Part shown: positions 32,848 through 43,057 of the stretch, in pieces
Position numbering within the stretch: the stretch's first letter is position 1
Layout of the letters: each line of letters begins with the position of its first letter
Assembly (NCBI GenBank): GCA_963845755.1
Contig: CAWJTV010000041.1
Coordinates: 448,001-512,000 of the forward strand
From: an uncultured Planctomycetota bacterium
GTDB taxonomy: Bacteria > Planctomycetota > Planctomycetia > Isosphaerales > Isosphaeraceae
Direction of reading: 5' to 3'
DNA: 64,000 nt
The notes under the pieces: generated by a model
What the model saw: only the letters and a program-made list of their open reading frames with translations
Databases searched by the model: none
What the model was told of the DNA's origin: nothing
Position numbers and translations under genes: made by a program

Positions 32848-32880
32848 GAGTCTAATGAACACGAGGGTTCCTTCCGACAC

Positions 32881-34175
32881 TCAAGCTATGCCCTCCAGAG
32901 ACGTGCGAACCTCGTGAACCGTGGTATAGCGGTCCTCTGGCGATTTGGAGAGACACTTCCGGCAAAGATCGCTGACGGGTTTCGGGAGTTCGGCGCGGAG
33001 GCTGATGGGCGGGATCACCGGTGCGGTACTGATGACGTCCGCCAGGATGTCCGGTAGCCTTCGACCGACCCAGGGCGGGCGACCGGTCAACAACGTGTAG
33101 AGGACCGCTCCGATCCCGTACACATCGGTTCTGATATCGATGGGACCCCAAGATCGCGAGGCTTGTTCGGGAGCCATGAACGGTGCGGTCCCTTCGATCT
33201 CGGCGGTCCACGGGGTGTGCTCGGTGAGCGATCGAGCCAAACCGAAATCGGTCACCTGGAGATGGCCATCCCCGTCGAGCAACAGATTAGCCGGTTTGAG
33301 GTCGCAATGGACGATGCCTCGGGCGTGCGCATGTTCGAGCGCATGGCAAGTCTCGATGGCCCAGCGGATGGCCTCCTCGGTGGAGATGACTCGGGTTGTA
33401 CGGAGGAATTCCAGGTTGGGTCCGGCGACCAGGTCCATGACGAGGAAATACGCGCCGGCGGGTGTGCGACCCAGTCCGTGGATTCCGACGATGCTGGGAT
33501 GACGTAGCCGGGCGATGGTCCTCGCTTCTCCGATGAAGCGATGAACTACGTCAGGTTGACCGAGAAACGTCTTGCGAAGGAATTTCACGGCAACCGCCCG
33601 GCTCTCGCTCTGTTGCCACGCCTGGTAAACTTTGCCCATCCGCCCCGCGCCAATCATGCGTTGAAGGAGGAAGTCCTGGTGTGCCAGCAGGGGACCGTCC
33701 CGAGTGGGGTCCGGCAGGTCTTCGGGTGGGAATGTCCGCCTCGAAGGAGGAAGCGGGATCTCACGAGGATCGGCCGACTCGTCCGCAAGCTCCCGGTCGA
33801 TTTGCAGCAGCTCTCTCCGGATCAGCTCTTGCCTTGCTGAGAATCGCGAGAGGAACTCCTCATGAGTGGGCCGATCGCCCCAGTGCCGCCGCACCCGGTA
33901 TTCTTCGCCGATGAGCTCGATCGGCCACTCGTCGAGCGAGCCTAACTCCGGGAACTTCGCGGCATAGCCCTCCAGCATCATTCGTTCGTCCGCGCGCCAG
34001 GCTTCCGCCACCGGAACTCCAGGTCGATGCCAATGAGCTCGATGAGCAAATGGCGTCGGTCCTGAGAGGTCAGTGCCGGCGGTTGGTCCAGGTAATCGGC
34101 GATCTCGACGGGACCATTCCGTTGCCAGTCCTCCTCGAAGCGGAGGATGTGCGATTCGAATGCGTCGTCAGGCAT
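32881..34175 (-). CDS. Hanks-type Ser/Thr protein kinase; apparent frameshift near 34012
   Basis: IGAGRMGKV, VAVK, HCDLKPAN, DFG, APE; N-terminal FEEDW..ELIGIDLEFR domain. Confidence 0.9.
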
Positions 34176-34761
34176 CGTCCCGTCGCCCGGCCAGGATGTC
34201 GCGGATCTGACCGAGCGTGCGCCGGATGGTGCGCTCCGAACGCCCGGTATCCTCCACGATCTCGGAGAGCTGTGCTCCCTGTAACCGGAGCTCCAGCACG
34301 CGCCGCGCGAAAACACTCAGTTGCGAGAGGACCCATTCCAGCTCGTCGGCCAAAGCGACGGCCTCTTCCGGAGTGGGGTCCGAGTGCCGGTCGAGAAACC
34401 GGACCTCCTCGACCTGATCGAGGCGACATTCGGTGTCAACCGACCGGCGATCCGCACGTTCATGCCGGGCCTGACGGAGCAGCTTGTGCTTGGTGATGGA
34501 CGCCAGCAATCGCCAGAGATCGCCGCCGCGACCGAGCGTGAAGCGGCCGGCGCGTACGCCGACGAAGAAACTCCGATAGGCCGACAGCACGATGTCTTCC
34601 GGATCGGTCCGGCGCGCCAGGCGAGTCGAGAGCCGGCTCCGGGCCAGCAGGGTCAGCCGTTCGAAATAGCGGGCGAACAACGCGTCCGCAGCCCGGTCAT
34701 CGCCGTCGCGAAATCGTTCCAGCAGAACGAGGGACGTCCAGCCGGCTGGGGTCTCGCCCAT
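34168..34761 (-). CDS. ECF sigma factor, kinase-associated planctomycete type
   Basis: LFARYFERL..LAR, DPEDIVLSAYRSF, region-4 HTH GRSERTIRR; overlaps the kinase start. Confidence 0.88.
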   Translation of the reverse strand: MGETPAGWTSLVLLERFRDGDDRAADALFARYFERLTLLARSRLSTRLARRTDPEDIVLSAYRSFFVGVRAGRFTLGRGGDLWRLLASITKHKLLRQARHERADRRSVDTECRLDQVEEVRFLDRHSDPTPEEAVALADELEWVLSQLSVFARRVLELRLQGAQLSEIVEDTGRSERTIRRTLGQIRDILAGRRDDA

Positions 34762-34873
34762 CGTCTTCTCCCGATTCTGACGAATTCCGATGGATTCCTG
34801 GCCGCTTGTATCGACGAGAAGGCATTACCTGAAAGCCAGCGGAAATCCTGTTCCATTCCTTCAGGAGCGAGTC

Positions 34874-35164
34874 ATGGCCTACGTGGTGACGGAACCGTGC
34901 TTCGGTTGCAAGTACACGGATTGTGTCGTCGTGTGCCCTTGTGACTGCTTTCGCGAGGGCGACGCCATGTTGTTCATCGATCCCGACGAGTGCATTGATT
35001 GCGATGCGTGTCTTCCCGAGTGTCCTGTCGAGGCTATCTTCCAAGAAGACAACGTGCCAGAGGTGTGGAGAGATTTCGTGACGCTGAATCGGGAGATGGC
35101 CGGGAGTTGTCCTCCCATTACGGATCGGAAGGAGCCGCTTGCGAATCGTGGTGCATCGTCTTGA
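34874..35164 (+). CDS. fdxA: 7Fe/2x[4Fe-4S] ferredoxin
   Basis: MAYVVTEPCFGCKYTDCVVVCP..IDPDECIDCDACLPECPVEAI. Confidence 0.92.
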   Translation: MAYVVTEPCFGCKYTDCVVVCPCDCFREGDAMLFIDPDECIDCDACLPECPVEAIFQEDNVPEVWRDFVTLNREMAGSCPPITDRKEPLANRGASS

Positions 35165-35257
35165 CGACGTCCCCGGTTCGCTGGTCTGTGCGAACCGGCG
35201 TTGCAGCCGTATGATGAGGGAGGTGAGCAAACGCGACTCGGGAGGGAAGGCATTCCC

Positions 35258-35984
35258 ATGCCGCTACTCGACCATTTCCACTCGCCTCTGGCCCCGCGAC
35301 GGCACTGGGAATCGTTCCACGTCAACTGGGCCGGGGCCATCGCCGACGCCTTGAACGAAACCCTGTTGCCCGAGGGCTATTTCGCCGAGGAGCATGCGCA
35401 GCTCGGCCCTTGGGTCGAGATCGACGTGGCCACCTTCACCGATTCGGAATCAACCGGGCACCGAGCCGGCGGAACAGCCACCTTACCTCCCCGGGTCTGG
35501 GTTCCTCCTGCTCCGGCGATGGTCGCCCCGGCCGCATTTCCCGACGCTTTCGAAGTCCTGGTGTTTGAAAACGAGGGCGGGGCCCGGCTGGTGGCGGCGA
35601 TCGAGCTGGTCAGCCCCGGCAACAAGGATCGCACCGCGCATCGCCAGGCGTTCGTGGTCGAGTGCGCCAGCTATCTGTGCCGGGGGATCAGTCTCATCGT
35701 CATCGATATCGTCACCAGCCGGCGCGCGAACCTGCATAATGAGATCCTGCGGGTTCTTGGCCATGATCGAAGCCTTTGCCATGCCGGCGGAGGCCACCCT
35801 TTATGGAGTCGCGTATCGGCCGGTCGTCCGCGAGGGGCAGGAACAGATCGAGATGTGGCCGACGGCACTGGAAATCGGTCAGCCCTTGCCGGTGCTGCCG
35901 CTGGCGCTCAATGCCGAGTTCGCTCTCCCGATCGATTTGGAGGCGACTTACACCGTCGCCTGCCAGAGACGACGGCTGGTATGA
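35258..35984 (+). CDS. DUF4058 family protein; apparent frameshift near 35765
   Basis: MPLLDHF..WESFH, LVAAIELVSPGNKDR, LPVLPL..DLEATY. Confidence 0.82.
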
Positions 35985-36073
35985 CGAGGATGCCACCCTG
36001 CTCTGGGCGAAGGCTCGCTCACCTCGTATGATGATTCCGGGCGAAGAGATGATGACTCCCAGCGGGCAAGGCC

Positions 36074-36831
36074 ATGTCTTCCGGACTCTTGATGGAAAGT
36101 CTGACAAATGACGAACTCCCGGCCTTGCCGGTGATCGCGATCTCCCCACAGCATCACCAGCGGCTCAAACCCCTGGCGGGCAAGCCGGCCGGGACGCTCC
36201 TGATCCACGAGATCTACCGCAGCCTGCAAGGCGAGAGCACGTTCGCCGGTCTGCCCTGCATCTTCATCCGGCTGACCGCTTGCCACCTGCGTTGCGTCTA
36301 CTGCGACACGCCGCACGCCTTCAACCAGGGAGAGGTTCTTAGCCTCGATCAGGTCCTGACCCGCGCCCTGGAACTCGGCGACAACCTGGTCGAGCTGACC
36401 GGTGGTGAGCCGCTCTTGCAGCCCGAGGTCTATCCGCTCATGACCCGGCTCGCCGATGCCGGCAAGACCGTGTTGCTCGAGACCAGCGGCGCGATCGACA
36501 CCGTCGCGGTCGATCCCCGGGTGCGGATCATCCTCGACGTCAAGACGCCGGGCTCGGGCGAGGTCGAGGCCAATGTCTGGAGCAATCTAGATCGGCTCAA
36601 GGCGATCGACGAGGTCAAAGTGGTGATCTGCGATCGTCGCGACTTCGACTGGGCCGCCGATCTGATCGGCGCAAGACGGCTGACTGAACGATGCCCGGTG
36701 CTCCTGAGTGCGTCGTTCGGTCAGGTCAACCCGACCGATCTGGCCGCGTGGATCCTCGAAACCCGCCTGCCCGTCCGGCTGCAACTCCAGCAGCACAAGA
36801 TCCTGTGGGGTCCGAAGGCCCGGGGGTCTGA
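36074..36831 (+). CDS. queE: 7-carboxy-7-deazaguanine synthase (radical SAM)
   Basis: SLQGE, CHLRCVYCDT, TGGEPL, LETSG, QQHKILW; true stop likely TGA 36829-36831, displaced by a 1-base G-run deletion. Confidence 0.88.
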
Positions 36832-36869
36832 TCCTCGTCCGGTTTCGTCGAGCACGACCGTGTCCCGCC

Positions 36870-37103
36870 TCACCAGCCGAGACCCGACCGTAAGCCGATC
36901 CATTCATGGACCACCAGCATGGTGGCCACGTAGCCGAGCAACCGGAGCAAGATCGCCGACAGGTTGCCCGCGAGCTGGTGCGCGTCTTTCGGTGAGGTCA
37001 GCCGGCGGACCCCACTCGGGATGGCGATCGCACCGCCGACCAGCAAGAGCAGCAGGATCGGCACAAGTTCCCAGGCCTCCTTGATCCAACTCCCCGAAGC
37101 CAT
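36870..37103 (-). CDS. Small membrane hypothetical protein
   Basis: 77 aa, two hydrophobic segments, GGAG RBS. Confidence 0.55.
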   Translation of the reverse strand: MASGSWIKEAWELVPILLLLLVGGAIAIPSGVRRLTSPKDAHQLAGNLSAILLRLLGYVATMLVVHEWIGLRSGLGW

Positions 37104-37452
37104 GACAGTTCAATCTCCCGGACAGGTTGACGTGAGTGCAAATCCGATCGGTGGAAACGGTGCAGTCTGGTAGGGCAAACGGCGCGCCGATCCGCGTCAG
37201 CGGCATTTTAACCTGCGTTCTTGAAAGTAAAAGTACCTCATGAGTGCCGTCGCGGGGGGAAAATGCACTTTTTTCAACAATGTCAAGGTTGCCGGCGCGA
37301 AATTCCGAGGGCTGGGCAAAAATTGCCGGTTGTGCCGATGGTCGGAGTCGGTGAACTGCGCGCGAATAGTCTGTCCCGGAAGCCTCAACGGCCGTCTCGT
37401 AGGGTGCTCTGTGAGCACCGAATTCGGCAAAGTCCCCCGGATCGGTGCTCAG

Positions 37453-38914
37453 GGAACGCCGACGAAATAACATCCCCATTTCAGGGTGCCAAACTGCTGT
37501 TCGCCATGAGAACCTAGGTAAGATAGGAAGATCCAGGCTGTTCCTGGGCGCGCGACCCGTCTGCCTCCCCGCGATGTCGGTTTTCGGAGGGCCCTTCTGG
37601 TCCCGGGGGGGCGTGCGGTGGTATAGCGAGGATTGTTCCGTATCTGGGTCTTTAGCCGGAGGCCAATCATGTCGCCTTATTCCCCGGACGTCGAGCGGAC
37701 CATGAGAGCATTCTACCATTCCTTGCGCGAGAATGATCGGCGACGGTATGCGGCGGTCGAGGCGGCCAAGTTGGGTCACGGCGGGGTCGAGTACATCGCC
37801 AAGGTCTTGGGCGTCGATCCCAAGACCATTCGTCACGGCCAGCGCGACCTCGAGGATCTCCCCGCCGAACCCGCTCCGCAGGTCCGCCAGCCCGGCGGGG
37901 GGCGGAGACGGCGGCTCGATCAAGACCCCGAGATCACCAACAACTTCCACAAGGTCCTCCTCGATCGCACCGCCGGCAGCCCAACCGCGGAGTCCCTGAT
38001 CTGGACCAACTTGACCAAGATCGAAATCGCAGGTGGCATGCGAGAGTGTGGAAGCTTTGTCAGTGTGCATATCGTCAGCCAACTGCTCGATCAGGAAGGT
38101 TTCCATGAACGCAAAGCCCTGCGCATGGAACCGCTGAGCCGCCACCCCGAGCGAGACCACCAATTCCAGACGATCGGCCGGCTCAAGGGGGAATACCTCG
38201 ACTCCCCCCACCCGGTCCTGAGCATGGACCTGAAATCCCGAGAACGGCTCGGCAACTTCTTCCGCGCCGGCACGCTCCAGACGCGACAGACGATCCGGGT
38301 GTTCGACCACGACTTCGACGAGTTCGCCGAGGGACTCGTGTTGCCCCACGGGATCTACGACCTCAAGCAGAATCGCGGATACATCCACCTAGGCACGAGT
38401 CATGATACCAGCGAATTCGCGTGCGACTGCGTCAAGGACTGGTGGGACCGATTCGGCAACGCGGTCTACCCGCAGGCGACGTCGCTGCTGCTGCTCTGCG
38501 ATGGCGGCGGGAGCAACCCGGCGGACAACGACCGCTACCAGCAGCACTTGTTCCGGGCCGACTTGCAACGCCTGGCCAACGACCTGGAGTTGGAGATCCG
38601 GGTGGCGCACTATCCGCCGTACGCCTCGAAGTTCAACCCGATCGAACATCGCCTGTTCCCCCACCTGACGCGGGTCTGCAAGGGCGTCATCCTGCACAAC
38701 ATCGACTGGGTCGCCGAACTGATGAGGAAAGCCACGACGCGGACGGGCCTGACGGTTCAAGTTGACATCCTGGACAAGGTCTATCAACTCGGCCGAAAGG
38801 TCAGCGAAACCGCCAAGGATGCCGTGAAGTTGCTCCGGGACGCCATCCTGCCACGCTGGAACTACCGCATTTTACCCAATGTGTGAAGTCGGGAAGTTAT
38901 TTCGTCGGTGTTCC
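37453..38914 (+). mobile_element. ISAzo13-family insertion sequence
   Basis: TIRs GGAACGCCGACGAAATAAC and GTTATTTCGTCGGTGTTCC around the transposase. Confidence 0.88.
37669..38886 (+). CDS. ISAzo13-family DDE transposase
   Basis: RDHQF, SMDLK..E.LGNF, PHGIYD, CDGGGSN, HYPPYASKFNPIEHRLF, WNYRI. Confidence 0.92.
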   Translation: MSPYSPDVERTMRAFYHSLRENDRRRYAAVEAAKLGHGGVEYIAKVLGVDPKTIRHGQRDLEDLPAEPAPQVRQPGGGRRRRLDQDPEITNNFHKVLLDRTAGSPTAESLIWTNLTKIEIAGGMRECGSFVSVHIVSQLLDQEGFHERKALRMEPLSRHPERDHQFQTIGRLKGEYLDSPHPVLSMDLKSRERLGNFFRAGTLQTRQTIRVFDHDFDEFAEGLVLPHGIYDLKQNRGYIHLGTSHDTSEFACDCVKDWWDRFGNAVYPQATSLLLLCDGGGSNPADNDRYQQHLFRADLQRLANDLELEIRVAHYPPYASKFNPIEHRLFPHLTRVCKGVILHNIDWVAELMRKATTRTGLTVQVDILDKVYQLGRKVSETAKDAVKLLRDAILPRWNYRILPNV

Positions 38915-39060
38915 GAGAGCACCCTACAAAGACCTTCCCGGAAGCCTCAACGGCCGTCTCGTAGGGTGCTCTGTGAGCACCGAATTCGGCAAAGTCCCCC
39001 GGATCGGTGCTCAGAGAGCACCCTACAAAGACCTTCCGAGACAGTCGCTAAGACGGGTGG

Positions 39061-39870
39061 TCAGAGAGTCTCATCAGGTGGGAGCCGGAAGAGTCTCCGC
39101 GCGTTGTCTGTCGTGATCTGCGCGAGCTCCTCGGGAGCCAGGCCACGGATCTCGGCCAGGCGCCGGGCGGTCAGTGCGACCCGCGCCGGCTCGTTGTTGC
39201 GGCCGCGGAAGGGATGGGGGCTCAGATAGGGGCTGTCCGTCTCGACGAGGATCCGGTCGAGGGGGACTCGGGCGGCGATTTCGCGGAGGGCGTCGAGACT
39301 CTTGTTCGTGTAGGTCAGCATGCCAGCGAAGGAGAGATCCAGGCCCAGGTCCAGGAACGCCCGGGCATCGTCCCAGGTCCCGGTGAAGGAGTGCTGGACC
39401 CCGCGGACCGGACGGCCCAGCTCTCGCAACTGCTCGATCAAATCGCGCTGACAGTCGCGGCAGTGGATCACCACCGGCAGGTCGAGCCAATGCGCCAGCT
39501 CCAGGTGACGGCCGAACCACTCCTGCTGGATCGCGAACGGTGTGCGGTCCCAGTATCGGTCGAGGCCGGTCTCCCCGATCGCGACAACCCCCGGCTGTCC
39601 GGTCAGCTCGACGACGAGGGGCCAGTCCGGCTCGCCGGCTTCGGCCGCGTGATTGGGGTGGATCCCCACGGCCGCGAAAAGGCCCCGATGCGCCCGGGCC
39701 AGGTCCACGACGGCCGCGCTGTCGGCGGCTGTCGTGCCGATCGCCACGGCTTGCACAACCCCGGCCTGCCGCGCACGCTCCAGGACCCCGTCCCAATCAC
39801 TGCGCAGCCGCGAGTCGTCCAGATGCGCGTGGGTGTCGATGAGCGGGAATAGAGCGGCTGTTGCGGTCAT
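39061..39870 (-). CDS. tatD: TatD family hydrolase
   Basis: DTHAHL, GIHP, IGETGLD, IHCR, ETDSPYL, NEPA. Confidence 0.93.
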   Translation of the reverse strand: MTATAALFPLIDTHAHLDDSRLRSDWDGVLERARQAGVVQAVAIGTTAADSAAVVDLARAHRGLFAAVGIHPNHAAEAGEPDWPLVVELTGQPGVVAIGETGLDRYWDRTPFAIQQEWFGRHLELAHWLDLPVVIHCRDCQRDLIEQLRELGRPVRGVQHSFTGTWDDARAFLDLGLDLSFAGMLTYTNKSLDALREIAARVPLDRILVETDSPYLSPHPFRGRNNEPARVALTARRLAEIRGLAPEELAQITTDNARRLFRLPPDETL

Positions 39871-40334
39871 CAGTTGACGAGCCCGTCCTGATAGCCCACG
39901 AGTTCCAGGCGGTATCCGGTTACCTGGAACCCCTGGCGGCTGAGATAGTCCGAGAGCTGGGGATCGAGCTTGTCGATCAGGCTGGGGTCAAACCGCGTGG
40001 GCAGGTCGTGCACCGCTCCGGTCCGCAAACAACGGAAGTGATAGTGGAGGTCGCGGCGGGCGTCATAGCGGGCGCTGGTGTCGCCGGAGCCGGCCCCCGC
40101 GGTGAGCTTGGCCGCGATGCCGGTGGCTACCAGGGCCTCCAGGGCCTTGTACACGGTGGCCAGGCTGATCTTGGGGATCACAGAGCGGACGGCGTGGTAC
40201 ACCTCCTCGGCCGTGGGATGGTGTGCCGCCCGGGTCAAGGAGTCGTAGACGGCCAGCCGCTGGGGCGTGCAGCGGAAGCCCGCCCCTTCCAGGACCCTGC
40301 GCAACGACTGGTGATCCAGCAGGACAGTCTGCAT
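39870..40334 (-). CDS. Fur-family transcriptional regulator (PerR-like)
   Basis: TPQRLAV, HPTAEEVY, ISLATVYKAL, HYHFRC. Confidence 0.9.
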   Translation of the reverse strand: MQTVLLDHQSLRRVLEGAGFRCTPQRLAVYDSLTRAAHHPTAEEVYHAVRSVIPKISLATVYKALEALVATGIAAKLTAGAGSGDTSARYDARRDLHYHFRCLRTGAVHDLPTRFDPSLIDKLDPQLSDYLSRQGFQVTGYRLELVGYQDGLVN

Positions 40335-40448
40335 CGCTCGTGTCGAGGCCTCCGATGGGGTTCGACCCCTCGACGGGCCGGAAACCGCCGGCCTCGGCAG
40401 TCCCGGCCGCAATCCCTTCAAGCAATCGCCCTTCCATTGTTAGGCCGC

Positions 40449-40478
40449 TTGACAGCCCTGTCAACTACGTGTTAGATT
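40449..40478 (+). promoter_or_regulatory. Sigma70-type promoter upstream of nusA; the -35 lies in a palindrome
   Basis: TTGACA-N18-TAGATT with TG extension; TTGACAGCCCTGTCAA dyad. Confidence 0.6.
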
Positions 40479-40799
40479 GAGCGCTTGGGCCGGGGTCGGA
40501 GACACTGTCGAATCGGGCTCGGCCCTTTCGGGGCTTGGTTCGCTCCCTGCGCCAGAATCCTTCTCCCGGCTTCACCGCCAGGAACGGATGGAAGCGTGCG
40601 GCCTGGGCCATCGCGGGTCTTTCTCCCGGACTCCATGCCAGGAGCGGATGGAAACGATCGAAACACCGCGGTCAGGTCCTCCCAGCCCCGGCAATCGAGG
40701 GGGCTCGGAGTCCTCGCGGTTGTTGTCATCCCGCCCCGGTCGGGCATCCCGCCTGCCGGGGGCCCAGCGCCCTGAGTGAGCACGCCTCGGAGGAGAGGA

Positions 40800-42542
40800 A
40801 TGAGCGTCGATCTGGTTCGTATTGTCGATAGCATCCACCGCGATAAGAATATCTCCAAGGATATTCTGTTTGAGGGGATCCAATCGGCTCTTACCACTGC
40901 CGCACGCAAGCATTATCCGGAAGCGGCCGAGATCGAGGTGCGGATCGATCCGGATTCCGGCGCCATCGACGCAACCAAGGATGGGATCAAGATGGATCCG
41001 GCGGAACTGGGCCGGATTGCCGCCCAGACGGCCAAGCAGGTGATCATCCAGAAGATCCGGGAGGCCGAGCGCGATAGCCTGTTCGACGAATTCGAGGATC
41101 AGCGGGGCGACCTGATGACCGGGACGGTGCAGCGGTTCGAGGGGGGGGCGGTCATCGTCAACCTCGGGAAGACCGACGCCATCCTGCCCCGGAGCGAGCA
41201 GATCCCGGGCGAGAGCCATCATCCCAACGAGCGGATCCGCGCGATCATCCTGGACGTCCGCAAGGTCGGCCAGCGGGTCAAGATCATCCTCAGCCGCACG
41301 CATCCCGACTTCGTCCGTCGCCTCTTCGAGCTGGAGATCCCCGAGATCGCCGATCAGATCATCGCGATCCGCGCCCTGGCCCGGGAGGCGGGCTACCGGT
41401 CGAAGGTTGCGGTGACCTCCAACGACTCCAAGGTCGATGCGGTGGGCGCCTGCGTCGGGGTGCGCGGGACGCGAATCAAGAACATCGTGGACGAGCTGGG
41501 GGGCGAGCGCATCGACATCGTCCGCTGGAACGAATCGCTCCAGGTCCTGATCCCCAACGCACTCCAGCCGGCCGAAATCGACGAGGTAATGCTCTGCCAC
41601 CTGCTCGGGCGGGCTATCGTCCTGGTCCGCGACGATCAGCTCTCGCTGGCGATCGGCCGCCGCGGGCAGAACGTCCGGCTCGCCTCCAAGCTCGTGGGCT
41701 GGGACATCGAGATCATGACGGCCGAGGAGCTCGACGAGGTGATCGAGAAGGCGGTCAAGTCGTTCGAGAAGATCGATGTTGTCGACACCGAACTGGCCGA
41801 ACGCCTGGTCGAGCAAGGAATCCTCAGCTTCGACGACCTGTCGGTGATGGAGATCGCCGATTTAGTGAACACGATTGAGGGACTGACCGAGGAACAAGCG
41901 GTCGAGATCGTGGCCCGGGCGGAAGTCCTGGCCGAAGAGCAAACCGATGAGCTCCCCCGCCGCAAGGGACAGCGGATCGCCCCCGAGGAGGTCGCCCCCG
42001 AGGTTAGCGGGAGCCACGCCGACGAGGACACAAGCACCGATGGCCAGTCCGGCGTCGACGACGGTACGGGCGAATCCACCGGCCTCGATGCGGATCCGGA
42101 GCCGGACGCCGGCCTTGACCCGGACTCCGACGCGGGAGCTTCCCTGAGCCTCCTCGATCCTTCAGTCGAGGAATCCGCGTCGGACACGAGCCCCGAACCG
42201 GACGAATCGGCCGTCGGCGACGTATCATCTGATGAGAGTTCCGACCTGGAGCGTGACGAGGGTCTTGACGAAGAGTTCCATGACCTGGCCCTGGCGGTCG
42301 AGACCGCGGGCCTCTCGAGCCAGGGCCATGAAGTCACCTTCCCGCCCAGTGAGGACGATCAGGGGGAGACCCTCCGGATCGTGACCGAAGCGGTCGAGCA
42401 AGGCGATGGAGAACGGCCAGCCGGCCCCGGCCCGACGACCTCGACCGAGCCCGCCACCGGCTCGAGCCGGCCGGGCGGCTCGTCCCCGCGGCCGAAGCCA
42501 TCCCCCCACGATCCCGACGACCCGACCGGCGAGGCGCCCTGA
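40800..42542 (+). CDS. nusA: Transcription termination factor NusA with long acidic tail
   Basis: [22 protein letters not shown]1 domain, GACVGVRG and [14 protein letters not shown] motifs. Confidence 0.97.
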   Translation: MSVDLVRIVDSIHRDKNISKDILFEGIQSALTTAARKHYPEAAEIEVRIDPDSGAIDATKDGIKMDPAELGRIAAQTAKQVIIQKIREAERDSLFDEFEDQRGDLMTGTVQRFEGGAVIVNLGKTDAILPRSEQIPGESHHPNERIRAIILDVRKVGQRVKIILSRTHPDFVRRLFELEIPEIADQIIAIRALAREAGYRSKVAVTSNDSKVDAVGACVGVRGTRIKNIVDELGGERIDIVRWNESLQVLIPNALQPAEIDEVMLCHLLGRAIVLVRDDQLSLAIGRRGQNVRLASKLVGWDIEIMTAEELDEVIEKAVKSFEKIDVVDTELAERLVEQGILSFDDLSVMEIADLVNTIEGLTEEQAVEIVARAEVLAEEQTDELPRRKGQRIAPEEVAPEVSGSHADEDTSTDGQSGVDDGTGESTGLDADPEPDAGLDPDSDAGASLSLLDPSVEESASDTSPEPDESAVGDVSSDESSDLERDEGLDEEFHDLALAVETAGLSSQGHEVTFPPSEDDQGETLRIVTEAVEQGDGERPAGPGPTTSTEPATGSSRPGGSSPRPKPSPHDPDDPTGEAP

Positions 42543-43057
42543 TCCAGAAGATGACAACGACTTACCGGGAAGACTCAAGATACAATCCATGCAATCAGTC
42601 TTCATCGTGCAGGCACCACGCCTGCCTTTCATTCTCAGACGCGGGCAAGAGGCCCGCACCCGAAAGGTCCCAGTGATTATCGACCGGCTCTTGAACCCGA
42701 GCCCAAGCCGATTCCGATTCGAGGCCGTGCGCGGAACCCCAGGGACCGGGCAAAGCCTGATGTAACCAAGGGAAGGGAGAGATGGTCGGGCCCGTCACGG
42801 GCCGACTCTGCTGTCGATGACCAGCGGACCAAGTCGACAAACGGTCGAAACCGGCCCGATGGTGCGTGCTCCCGTCCACAACTCGGACCGTCTGTCGATG
42901 GGACGGCGGGCCGGGTTCCTGGTAGAATCTCAAGGGAGGCCGGCTGCCAGGTTGGCCTTCATCCGCATTCAATGGGACCAGTAGAATCATCGAGAACACC
43001 ACGACACAAACCCGGGTCGAATCTATCCCGGGAGACCGGAGCTGTGTCCGGGAGGAG

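Larger units (their letters stand above)
37375..39035. repeat. Tandem duplication of a ~99-bp unit containing a GTAG REP doublet; first copy split by the IS
   Basis: GTAGGGTGCTCTGTGAGCACC...GGTGCTCAGAGAGCACCCTAC intact at 38961-39026; identical unit at 37375-37452 plus 38915-38936. Confidence 0.85.
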
